Assembly: GCF_964204645.1 (NCBI RefSeq)
Contig: NC_134030.1
Location: forward strand, 9,637,222-9,701,221
From: Tubulanus polymorphus
Lineage: Eukaryota > Animalia > Nemertea
DNA: 64,000 nucleotides
Direction: 5' to 3'
Below are positions 41,054 through 53,209 of the stretch, piece by piece. A model generated the notes under the pieces. That model had not been told where the DNA came from, did no database searches, and was given only the letters and a program-made list of their open reading frames with translations. A program made the position numbers and the translations under genes. The stretch's first letter is position 1; every line of letters begins with the position of its first letter.

Positions 41054-44000
41054 TTAGGGATTTACTCTTCGGAGATCTTCCGCCGAAATATTTGACCTCT
41101 TTATCATTTTCTCTTTATCTTCGTCGCTGATAGGATTCACGTCGAAAGGCGAGTCCTTCCATTTTTTGATCAGGCGGCAACGTTTTCCCGATTCCGAATT
41201 CTCCAGGACGAAAACGCTTATCTTGAAGAATGGGTAGACTCGTTCGCGATAGATGTTCAAAGTGCCCCAGTGTGAATTACATTTGACGCATGCAATTTTT
41301 CCTCGTTCGTCAATCTCATCGTAGCGCTGCGCTTCTCCCTTTCTATGACGGTAACGGGCATCGATTTCATCCGTCAATATGGTGAAACCGGAGCAGACCT
41401 TGCGAAAATCACTCGAGTCGCAAACGTACATGTCACAATAGCTACAGTAAACGCGATAGAGGCCCGTGTCCTTTTTTGACTTCTTTTCAATGCTTAATTT
41501 TCTCAGCCGTAACTCCTCTATCTGTAGATTTCTCAAATCCAATTTAAAACGTGCATTATCCTCTCGATATTTCCTCGTTATTTCTTGAATTGCTTTACGC
41601 ATTATCTGTTCCCTCATTTCATTGACTTCTTCTTTACGAGTCACCTTTTCTGCCAAAGCGATCACGACATATCGGCTGCCTTCTTTCCTCGCACGGCCTG
41701 AAAATATTTTTTTCATATTTTCAATGTTATTTTTCTTGATTATCTAAGTTAAAGTACAAAAGTTTATTACGTGAACATAACGACCTACCTCTAGTCTGAA
41801 CCATGGCGATCTCGTTTGTAACGTGATTATAGCGAATCACCAAACTACACTGTTTGACGTCTAAACCCTCTTCAGCGACAGTCGTGGCAACGAGAACTTT
41901 GTGATCACCGTCGCTGAAGTACTTCAACACATCTTCCTGTTTGGATTTAGTCATTTCTGAAAAGTAAATAATACGAGTAAATTTCCAACACTTTGCAACT
42001 ACCGACAACTTACGCCCGCCGTTCTCACCCTGTCCGACCAGAAACTTAGCATTCAACTGCTTTAGCTGTTCGTCTTCATTCATCCAGTCCTCCAGAATTC
42101 TGGCTAACTCTCTCGTCTTAACGAATACGATCACGCGACATTCCGACTGATATTTGTGATAGCTCCACGTCAGCAAATCTTTGAGTTTTGTCATCAACGG
42201 ATTTGTATAGCGTTCGTCATCGACTCTCGTCGACAATGCTTCATATACACCTAAAAACAGACCCATCGACATGATAACTTTATCAAACGTTGGTTTTCAT
42301 TTTTCATGTTAGGCTGACTTACGTCCATAGGATTGCTGCAAGAACTTATCCAATTTACACGGTCTACCTTGAACATTTATCGTCGGTATAGTTGCGGCAA
42401 GAAAACCCAGTGCATCTCTCGACCGGGATTCAAGATTCAACAACAATGATTGGTGATAGTACTGGAAGCGTAAAATAGTGTTCCTTTATGTACGTTATAT
42501 CTTAATAGGTCTGCTTCTAATTCAGCCAGAATTTGATAACGTGAATAATAACTGTAATACATTACCAATACCTTAAGGTACTTGATGCACGCGTTCAATT
42601 GTTTCCGAACCTTTTGCTCATAGATTGTGGGAAAAATTTTCTCCATTTCGCTAACCCATTGCGTGTACTGGCATTCTTCTTTGCCTGCGGGGCAACTGTG
42701 AAGCCGCTTGCAAAATCCCGGTATCTCTCGATCCATGTCATCGTCGATACCTTCACGAATGAAATGATAATGCTAAATGAATCTGCGGACAATTTTTGCG
42801 CAATTCTAAAGAACTATGATATGATCTTTTCGACCGTAAGTAGATTCATTGCATAATTATGCAAGGATGAAATTACAGAAAGTGAATCAAATTGTATGTG
42901 TCGACAATGATACGCTGACTGGGATATCACATTCGAGATCAAGCAGTTGGAAATGGACCGTTTATACGATTACCTTTGATTTTTTTCATCTTTCCTTCAA
43001 TCGCAGTCATGACTTCCAATACGCATCGTTGAAAAATATCTTCCGCTCGCGGCTCGATCCTTCTCAGCTCTATAAAATAGTCATACCTTTCGTCTAAACA
43101 CCAAAAGTCATTATTATATCGAAGCAGTTTCATTTTTTTTTAAATCAGCTATATCAACGACCCCTTTTCCATATAATAGTTGACTCCTCCTGAGCGCCTG
43201 GTAATTGCTCGAATGTTACTTTTCCCCAGGGAGAGATGACTGATACATGGATAGAGATATAGGCTGGGGGTAATATAATACCAAGTTTGGAGCGCATTTG
43301 AACATACTCTAGTTTCGATACCTGCGCTATATAAATGACAATTATTATCAATTATGATAGTTGGTTCTAATGCTCCCGTTGATACGTAACCCTTATGTTC
43401 GTACTGTGCTCGTCCATAGTAAGTCGATCTTGATGACACTTGGGTACGATGTTAGTGTATGTCTAGCTGTGCAGTGCAAAAATGGGCACAGCTGCATGAT
43501 CTTGAAGATGACCTCGTAACAGAGGAACGGGGTTGAAATTCAAAAAGTTGTCAAGGCAAATCACCATTGATAAAACACTTAGTGTTTTATCAATGGTGAT
43601 TTGCCTTGACAACTTTTTGTAGTGACTACATCCGTGTTGTGACGATTCTCCATTCCTGAAGATGACTACTAGAATATAGTCGAAACGTCGAATAAACTCC
43701 TAGCTCTAGGAAACATTTTCGGACTGTATCGTTATCATTGTGGGATTCTCTGTAATGCCTAGGAAAAATCATTGTGGGATTCTCTTTATACTGTACTAAA
43801 GCATGGGAATTTCGGAGTAACAGATTTGAGCCTAAGCCCGAGAACCTTTTGTCACCTGTGGCTCGTCTCTATGCAACCCCACCCCTTGAAAATTAGAATA
43901 ACCATCGATCCCGCCCTTTCTGAGCAAAGATTAACCTGATTTGATTTTGTTGAGGTCGCTGGTATTGTTCGGATCCAACGGTGGACACACCATGAGTGAA

Positions 44001-47000
44001 TCGAGATTTGCACACATCCTCATGATGTGCTCGACTGCTTTCTCCAATGTATTCGATTTGTTGGCACCGGGAGAAGCGGTGAGTCCAATTATCTAAATCA
44101 TAAATCATACATCAAGCGCCAGAATTCAAGTTTCAGGAGGCAGAGAGTGAGAGAGAGACAATGAATAAATACCTGCGGCAGATATTTGGATTTCTTCTCC
44201 AGTTTTTCTGTCATATACAGACACATAATTTCATTGTAAGGGTGGCCCTTGTCCGTGTGGTGACACTCGTCGAATACGAACATAGAAAACATATCGATAG
44301 ATACCCTCGTTTCGTTTTCGCTTTCCATCATTGCGTTCAGAAGAACTTGTGCGGTCATGACGAGAATACGGTAATTTTGCACGAGTAAATGAAACGGCCC
44401 GTGGTCTCTGGTCTCACCGCTAATACCGAGGCTTTTGAATTCACCTAAGTATTCCTCAAAACGTTTGTGCTGTTGCAAAATCAGCGAAACGCTCGGCACA
44501 AAGAATATAAGTTTGTTTTGTTCATTTCTTTCCAAATGTTTCTGAAAGTAACAATTACGCGTAGTTTTTAACATTCTTTCCATGCGCAATATCACCTGTA
44601 TGCTTGACCAGCTCCTTATCAGTTTACGTAATTAAACGTGGAAGTACAGCATTAAGTGGTTTGTGTCCTCAGTGTGAACTTATTCATATTTTAACGCGTC
44701 TCTTCTTATACATCTTTCTATTCTTCTCATATACTCATTTGACAGGGTGTATAACGAGTTCGAAACTCGGGAAGGACAGATATATCTTCCTGTTACATAC
44801 ATTCTATAAACAGGGCCGGCAAAAGAAAGTTGGCGGCGCTAGCGTTAACCCTGCAAAAATAGGTGCCTATTTTGTTTAAGGGCTTCATGTACTGGAGAAA
44901 TATTCGTAAATGGTTGCATTTCTAAGGCTTATGGGCTATTTCAGACAATACTTTTCTGGTATAATGATTCAGGTTACTTTGTTTAAGACGCTGCGGCTGT
45001 TTTAGAGTCGATCACAAATACGTTGACACAAAAAATTCATCATCGGCAAAATTATTGGCCTGGCCAAAGCCCCCGCTGCGCCACCCCTGATAGACTAAAT
45101 CAAAAACTTTCAGGAAAAAAATTAGATTCATATAAAAACAGCGAAATTCGTTGTAACGTTTACCTTGCAAATGTCCAAAGCCACGAACGTTTTACCGTAG
45201 TTAGTTGGAGCTACGATGATCGTATTTTCCCCGCTGTTCCCCTTTTCGGCTAGAGCCATCTGATGCGAACGCAACTGCAATTTCTTTTGCGTGGGCTTAC
45301 TTTCGTTCCCTGTAAAACGTTGATGAAATGAATGAAAAAATTACAATCAGAAAGATGTTTGTTGTGCTAACGTGAATTCTATTAATAGGTCGCGTAACAC
45401 GATTCACCTTCGTTAAATTGACCGCCAACGGCGTTTGAGAAACTCGGGATTGCCTCGTCATCGTCATCATCGCTGCCATAATCGGTGCTAGAATCATCTG
45501 GAATGAACGACGTCAACGGTTTCTTAAACTACAAATGCAATCGAAGCTATTAAAAAAACAATAGGCTAAACAATTATAGCTTGTTTCTCCAAATCGGCCG
45601 GATCTTTTTGTGAAAATGCAACGAAATTTGTAATCCCCTCAGTTTACCTATATAGCTTGCGCGGGTCTGTTATGGAAAAATTGAATGATGAACTTAAAGT
45701 AATGTACAGGGTAGAAAGGTGGCCGCTCGGGTCAACATTTAAGCAGAAAAGGGAAAAAAGGTATCAATCTTTTTAACCTAATTCCAGAACAAAATATGCG
45801 ACATCTTACCATCACCCGCGTCATCGTCAGACAGTTGGAGTTGAGAGAGATTCAACGTTAGTGAACCACTGCCGAGACCATTAGGCTGAGGTTGGGTAAC
45901 GCCGCGTTCACGTTCATTTTCATTATTAACCTGGGGATCATCACTTCTGCGCTCGCATGTTTCGTCTAAACGTTCGCCTTGGACCCTTTCGATGTCTTTG
46001 TTACCGGATTTAGCTATACACGTGCAAACAATGAAAGAAACTGATTTTGGTATCGGACAGAACAACCGACCATTCACAGATTTCCCATCTTCACTCGCCA
46101 GGGTTTGATTGCCGAAGTTCACACCAACACAAACCCTGTCCGCAAACCCTTCATTGGTCTATTGCATTTCCCGATATTTCTTCGGCGGACGGGTTGCCAC
46201 TGAGCGGCTACCAGTCTATACCCTAGCCAATCTGAAGCGTAGAGAATCTACCGGTGAAAAAAGAACGCATCTGATTGTTTTAATACATGGACTGGTGGCC
46301 GCTGAAAATTTTGGGCAATGATTTAGACCAATGAAGTGTTTGTGAGGGGCCAGTGAAGGGCCAGTGTGTGAGCTTCAGAGGGTGGCAATCAAACCCTGGC
46401 AAGCGAGAACGCAAATTTGATTTGAACACTTTATTTTTCAAATATAATTTACAGCATAGTGTACAAAGCATGATACAAAATACAGTAAATTAGACCTGGA
46501 GGGGCCTGTAGAAACTAAGGAATAGTTTGTATAAAACAGGTCCCTCAAAAGAGAAAAGAAAAAAAAGAGAAATGCAATAAAGAAAATAATATGCTCACAG
46601 TCAACCCTTAACACACAAAATGCAATCAAAGTAAACTATGATAACAGCTTGATTAAGATATAATCATTTAATAAGCCAGTTATTTTCTGAAATATTCCAA
46701 AAACAATAATTTTAGTTCGAATAACTGTATGATAAAATCAAGCACAAAGTTGCTTTCTATAATTTCTTAGGAACAGTTTAGAATTTTCCATGTTTTTTAG
46801 ATTTTCACTGATGTTATTCCAAAGTAAAGGGCCGGATACTTTTACTGAAAATTTTCTTCTTAGACTATTGAAAGAAAGTGTTTGTAAATCTTGACGTCGC
46901 CGAGTATTGTGACTGTGGATTTGAAAATTTTGGTTCCAATAATTTTCGAATGATTTCGGTAATTCGGAGTGGACAGATCTGTAGATAAAAGTACCTAGCC

Positions 47001-50000
47001 GAAGTTTATTAATATCTTTGAGCTAGAGGATATTAAGAGCTTTGAATATAGGGTCAGTGTGCGCCAAATAATAGGAATTAGAAATTAGCCTGATAGCTCT
47101 TTTTTGCAATACAATTAATGGCTGAAGTTTATTTTCAAAATTTCGTCCCCAAACTAAGTTACAATACTGGAGGTAAGGATCAATAAGCGACAAATAAAGG
47201 GTACGAAGAGAACTCACTGGCAGCTTATGTCTTACTCTATTTATTATACCAATGCTTCGAGAAACTTTTTTTTAACTGATTTTATTTGATCGTCCCAGGT
47301 TAAATTTCTGTCAATAAAAACTCCAAGAAAATTTGTGACATTGACTTGTTTGATCTCTATATTGTTAATTGATATTCTCAAGTTATGTTTCAATAGTTTA
47401 CCGAACACCATAAATGACGTCTTCTTTACATTCAATGACAGCTTGTTTGTTTGAAACCAGGTATACAATTTTGATAATTCAATGTTTACTGTACGTACTA
47501 ATCTGTCTAAATTAATGTCACTATAAAAGGCATTTGTGTCATCGGCAAACAATATAAGTTTTAACACATTAGAAAATTTAATACAGTCGTTTACATATAA
47601 TAAAACAAGCAAGGGACCTAAAATTGAGCCTTGGGGTACTCCAGTTTTAACGGTACATAACGAGGATTTATAATTTTGAATTTGAACAAATTGTTTTCTA
47701 TTCTTCAAATAGTTTTCAAACCAGTTGTTAGAGATGCCTCTTATTCCATAAAAACATAATTTTCTTAATAAGATTTCGTGATCAACGGTGTCAAAGGCTT
47801 TTGATAAATCTAAGAATACCCCAATAGTTGATTTGTTTTCTTCTAAATTTTGTGAAATTTCATCAGTTATCAATGTTAAGGCCATGGCAGTTGAATGGTT
47901 CTTTCGAAAGCCGAACTGGTTTGGTTGAATGATATGAAACTTGTTACAATATTCGGTTAATCGATTATACACTATCTTTTCGAGAATTTTAGAAAAGCAA
48001 GGCAGTACGGATATCGGTCTGTAATTATCAAAAGAGTCATTATTGCCAGCTTTATAGAGTGGACGTATTCGCGCTACCTTCAGTTCAGCCGGCACTATAC
48101 CGGAATTTAAGCTACAGTTAAATATATGAGTTAGCGGGTATTTTACAGAATCAATTATTTTCTTAACTACTTTTACAGAGAAACCATCAGCACCAGCGCC
48201 TTTGCTGGGTGAGAAATCATTTACAATCTGACTGATTTCATCAGGGTGGGTCGGGAAAAAGAAAAAGTTTTCATTTACTGGATCTGTCAGATATTTACTG
48301 AAGTGGACACCTGTATCTGGTATTTGATTGGCTAGGTTGCTACCAATATTTACAAAGAAAGAATTAAATTCATTAGCGATATTTTCATAGCCGTTTACAA
48401 CGATACCGTTCCTTTTGAAAGAGCAAGGTAATCTACACCGATCATTGGAAGATTTTCCAATTAGACTGTTTAAGATATTCCATGATTTTTTCATGTCGGA
48501 TTTGGCTGCAAGTAATTTAGTCTCATAATACTTTTTCTCAGCATATTTGAGTGTACGAGACAAGGTACGTTTGTAATTCAAATAATTTTTCAAATGTGAT
48601 CTATTACGCAAAGATTTTCTGTACAAGCGATTTTTGTGTTTAATACATTTCAATAATCCAGATGATAACCACGGTTTATGTAATTTATTTTCGTTTATTT
48701 TACGGGGAGTTGAAAAAGGAAAACATTCATTATATAATTCCATGAATTTAGTGTTAAATGCGCTGTATGAGAGTTGCGGGTCTGCGTTACTATAGATATC
48801 CGACCAATCAGTGGCCAGAAGAGCTCTATTGAATTTTGAAATGTTACGTTCACAATAGTTTCTGTTCGAAGTCACCTCTTGGTCAATTTTGGGCTCAACG
48901 TGATTTTAGACAGTAAAAATAGGAAAATGATCCGAAATATCCCTGCTCTTTTCGATGACTACACGCCTTTTGAATTAATACGTGAAGCATTCGTGATTTA
49001 TACATAATTTGCATTATCAAGAGCGCGAAACCAACTGTACGCACTACAATACTTACCTGCCATAGTTTGTTGGACATTTAAACGATTGTAAGCTCCATCG
49101 GGTGCTCGGCACTTTCTTTGCGTTTCTTCATTACTACTCACCGAATGATTAGCGGCGAGTTCTACAGAGAAAGATCCAATTAGAGCGCAGTAGAAACAAT
49201 TGTGAATAGCTTTGTTAAAATACGTTTTTCTAAGTAGGCCTAAATACAATTATATTTTGAAAACAGGCCGGGACATGTTGAAATGGAGATAATGTGCAAG
49301 CCAAAATTCAATAGACACTGAAATTGCTTCTTGGGAATTGCTTCTTAGGGATTCGAACCCGATGGTATCGCCACGGCATGAACCCCTGTCACACTAGACC
49401 GAGTACACAGGCTCATGCGCAGGTTGGCTGCATGAAAACTTATGCACCAATCAGATTGCTTGTTGTATAAGCACGGAAAGAACTATAAATGGGAAAACCC
49501 GGGCTGAAATGGGACAAGCTGTGCATGCAGGGTTTCGTACCGTGGCAAATTTCGATGCCACCGGGTTCGAATCCCTGCCGGGGGAGGAGAGGATGGGGTA
49601 AGTATAAAGGAGCCAGATGATTCAGTGCAAAGGTTAACAGTGCAACCTTATACTGGATTCTAGCAGAAACGGGTAGCCAGTGAAAGTCCCGATGTGATCA
49701 AATTTCTGAGTCCTCGATATCAAAGCTGAATTTTGGAGAATTTGAACTCGTTAAGTCTGCAGATAATCCTATCAATAAGCTGTTGCGATAGTCAATGCGA
49801 GATAGGTGCCTGGACAAGAGATTCATTTGCTTCAGTACTCCAGCATTTGACTGTCAGTGGTCATTGTTGCTTTTAATACGGAATGAAGAATGCAGTGTAA
49901 CGTAACACACGGACTAGTGACACAGTGACTTAGATTTTCTTTTGAGATATTTAAACCGTTTACCTTGGTCGTTGTTCATGTTATTCGTGTTTCGGTCATT

Positions 50001-51753
50001 TTTATTTTGAGCACCAGTAACGACATTGGAAGCACTGGGAACCGACGTCGCATCTCTCTCGCCAGATTCGGAAACTAGGTAAAAGTAGTATATATCATTT
50101 GCATTATCTGAATAATGTAATGGTATATTTTCAATGGCTTGTCGCTTGTCATCTACGACGATAATTGGAAACAAACAAAACAGTTATACTGTCAAAAAAC
50201 GTGGGTACTTACAACAAACAAAGTCTTCACGAATGCTCCCCAACTCGCTATCGTCTAAACTCGTGCCTGCTTAAAAAAGTGATGTACATGTAATATTGTA
50301 TATCGCCAAACAGCGAATTAAATGATTGAAACCGGTTTTCATTGAGTTTTGGTGAAAATTATCTAAAAATAAAACTAGTCCTGAAGTATTATAAATACCA
50401 CGTTGTAATACGGAAGCTGCTTCTGCTTGTTCTTTATGCCACTGTTGCAATGTGTCGGAATTCGCAATGTCTAGATCAGTATTACCATCTTCAAAAACCA
50501 ATGATTACAATCGAATGAAGGTAAACTCGCACCCGCCGAATATATATCTAGTAGACATGAAAAGACGTTTTTAAATACCTTTTCGCATGAATCCCGCTAA
50601 TTTGTCGTACAGCGAATTGCAGCCATGCTTTTCGAGGATTCTCAGAAACGAAACCGGCCAATCTGACTTCGTTCGCGCTACAAACGCCAACAGAACATCC
50701 ATGGCTGAAATTCATATATGATTCCATTGAATAGTTATATCTAAATATCAATTTCAAAGTTCGTGACGATACGTTCATCAAAATAACTCACGGATACCTG
50801 AAGTGTTTCCATCGTTCTCCAAAGTTCTTTTAACTTTCTCGTATTGGGTTCTGTTTAGACACTCGTTCTTTAAGTCCAACAAAAGGCCACAATTTGCATC
50901 CAATTGAATTGTATCGCAAGCTTCATCGAAATTCAAACGAAGCAAACCTTGGAAACAGTCGTAACAATACACATCTTCATTCAATAACAATTTCCGAATG
51001 GTTTCATACTCTGAAATATGACCACTTGTAAATAAAACCACTAGAAGTTCATCATCTATGATCTCATACGTAAAAGTGTACGAGTAATAAATGGTCAGAA
51101 ATTCGAATTTTTGCCATGCCGTGTCAACCTGTTTCCTTTAACGCATCGATTAGGGCGGCAAAAGAGCCCTTATCCCAACAATCCAACAGTCCATCCACAA
51201 ATGATTCAGCGGCATCTTCATTTCGGCCCGCTCGTTCATGTGACTGGATCTTACGTACCCATTCTGTTAGAGGAATAAATGCATTGAAATACCAAAATGA
51301 TACTGATGGACCTAATTTTGCAGGACAGAACTCATTTTCAACATATGCGGTTCCATACTCCCAAATCAGCAGTCTAACATTTCTCCTCCCTATCAAGCAT
51401 ACCATACCCAAAGCGGGGAACAATGTATGCGTTCTTTTTCAAGCTTTCAAGTACATAGCCTACCTTTGCTTAAATGATGCGGCATGTAGCAAGTAAGGTG
51501 ACTAGGTAAATGGATATCCCGAAACCGATCTCTGAACAATTCTATCATCAATTTCTGCTCTAAAATTAGATTCTATAAGCGTATTTATATTATCAATGAT
51601 TGATATCATATCAGATGGTTCAGTTAGACGAGGTCATTGTCCGTTGATGCCTAATGTATTATACGTTTTACATGGTTTATACGAACCCCTTTCGAGTCGA
51701 GTGTTGTCTATGTTCGGAACGCTGTTATTTTCGAGACCCGCAGCGCTATTCAT
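41054..51753 (-). CDS. RIG-I-like receptor A (RIG-I/MDA5 family: 2xCARD, DExD/H helicase, Zn-binding CTD), ~1142 aa
   Basis: Twenty phase-consistent exons: 51753-51687, 51559-51464, 51263-51129, 51010-50798, 50704-50579, 50488-50399, 50269-50213, 50074-49964, 49161-49057, 46013-45810, 45497-45408, 45309-45164, 44541-44173, 44092-43936, 43069-42974, 42750-42572, 42461-42323, 42250-42014, 41956-41789, 41697-41054. Motifs [45 protein letters not shown]; CTD CSYC..CVKC..WG. CARD-like AAESFVDGLLDCWDKGSFAALIDALKETG. The first exon and linker exons are less certain. Confidence 0.92.
43541..43619. repeat. Perfect 39-bp inverted repeat with 1-nt spacer in an RLR-A intron
   Basis: CAAAAAGTTGTCAAGGCAAATCACCATTGATAAAACACT-T-AGTGTTTTATCAATGGTGATTTGCCTTGACAACTTTTTG. 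Confidence 0.97.
43652..43693 (+). ncRNA. Minimal type I hammerhead ribozyme motif (second copy of the repeat family, ~43625-43790)
   Basis: Helix I ATTC/GAAT; CTGAAGA(T); stem II GACTA/TAGTC; GAAAC-GTC (cleavage triplet GUC). AATAAA follows. Confidence 0.72.
46092..46409. mobile_element. Foldback MITE family A, copy 2 (RLR-A intron, abutting the LINE 3' end)
   Basis: CTCGCCAGGGTTTGATTGCC ... GGCAATCAAACCCTGGCAAGCGAG; homologous to 16230-16567. Confidence 0.85.
46410..48945 (-). mobile_element. 5'-truncated, defective LINE (CR1/L2/Crack-Daphne group) with reverse transcriptase, in RLR-A intron 9
   Basis: The end of the APE domain (DISDHFPIF, ~48942) is followed by an in-frame TAA. ORF 47244-48875 contains NYRPISVLP, QFGFR, FLDLSKAFD, GVPQGSILGP, FADD. 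There is a frameshift in the A-run near 47270, a premature TAG at 47023-47025, and a further reading frame to ~46740. The 3'UTR ends in AATAAA (46430-46435) plus TTCAAATCAAAT. Confidence 0.95.
49348..49576. mobile_element. Foldback repeat with B-box-like GGTTCGAATCCC ends (related pieces ~25225-25430, ~33190-33245)
   Basis: GGGATTCGAACCCGATGGTATCGCCACGGCATGAACCCCTG and CAGGGTTTCGTACCGTGGC..CGATGCCACCGGGTTCGAATCCC are inverted copies. Confidence 0.55.
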
Positions 51754-51844
51754 CTTCGTGTCCAGTCCTGATCCGCCACTCAAGGAGAGTATACTTTTTT
51801 AAAAGATATTCACTACAATGAATATAGCAAAGATGCGACTCCTA

Positions 51845-51855
51845 GAAAGTGAAAC
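51845..51855. promoter_or_regulatory. ISRE/IRF-binding element candidate GAAAGTGAAAC in the shared RLR-A/RLR-B upstream region
   Basis: Matches the IRF-E/ISRE core GAAANNGAAA(C); the minus strand reads GTTTCACTTTC. It lies ~92 bp upstream of the predicted RLR-A ATG. Function not shown. Confidence 0.55.
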
Positions 51856-53209
51856 AAGGCGCGGTCCAAGAACTTTGTGGCCCAAAACTGCTAAGATGAT
51901 TGTTTATAAGCCGACTTACGAATAGTTTCCAATGAAAACCAGGAACACGAATGCGCACCTGGTGAAATGCTTGACAATCTGGCAATTTCAATATTCAACA
52001 CCCTCTGGTGATTGTGGGTTTCAAAAATGCCTAGGCACCAGTATCACGGAAATACTACCATGTCATTCTTCAACACCCCCTGGTAAAACTCCCCACAATC
52101 ATAGAACATGTCACGAGCTACGAATTTGAAATTCTATTCATGTACCGTATATATTTGAAGTTCCTCTAAAATTGATAAACTCACTGCTGTTTTGGTTTAA
52201 CGTCGTAGCCTATTGGTTGCGCTTATTTAAGATCACCGAGCTGCGTGAGGATATTGCGGCACCGATTGGGGCTCAGGACTACGACTTTCAGCTAATCATA
52301 ACCCCAACGCCTTAATGCGCCTCCTTAGAATTCCAAGTTCTAATTTGTCGGCCTCCGCCACCACCATGTGAACCCAGCTAAATTTATGGATCCGCCCCTG
52401 ACTACAAGTCCTCAGTACATGAACAATCAATTAATATTCACTTATATTATAGGCTTACAAGTGGAATTATTTGATTGCAATTTTACACTAAATGGTTCTA
52501 GTTCTTATAGGCCTATATGCCATTGATAGGCCTCGTTAATATGATTAGGAATGCCTGATGACCCAGCCATGTAACTGCTTACCTTGTCTCGTGTGTACGG
52601 TACTGCGTCTCGCGTTATGCTGAGAGGCGTCGCAATACACAGTATAAGGTTATGCGCGGTTTACAGTACTTGGTAATCGGTTTTCCCCAGTCGTATTTTA
52701 ACGACACGAGTTCCCAGCAATCGATTGTACGCATTGAAAAATTGTGTAGATACAGGCCTATATCAGTAGGAAATGATAGCGCTACCTAACAGGACATTTT
52801 GATGATCTCATTTATTGTGTTAACATCCATCGGTTTGGCGAGTATTCCACATCTGCAAGTAGAAACCTACATATCACGCTGACTCTAAGAGGTAGGCCTT
52901 ATTTTTTAACAATTCCAGGTAATGATAGGGCACCTTGTCAAACGAACCTTGATTTCTAAATTTAAATGATAACGCATATAACGTAGGCTAGATTTGGTTG
53001 GCTTAATCAGAATATAAGCTGGGTAAAAGCAATAACTAAAAGACCCAATTTAGTCCTAATACAAAGGCCTTTTGTTAAGGTGAGAAAAAGCGAATTTCTA
53101 CCAACATCGGTCTGGTGTCTCTTGTCATTTTCTATTGTCAAAGCGATTGAATTATGTGGAAATGTTAAATTCATTTTTTTAAGTTTGTATTGGTGGTATT
53201 ACCTACAGT

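Noticed and set aside
43150-43440. Possible Penelope GIY-YIG C-terminal remnant (LGIILPPAY) on the minus strand
   Set aside because: Too short and degenerate to support without a profile search, and on the opposite strand to the hammerhead motifs.
47244-48875. Reverse transcriptase as a domesticated gene functionally coupled to the RLR
   Set aside because: 5'-truncated, no ATG start, two stops and a frameshift around the ORF; an ordinary dead LINE copy.
49620-49880. Possible additional RLR-A linker exon
   Set aside because: Every acceptor tried hit an in-frame stop before a donor.
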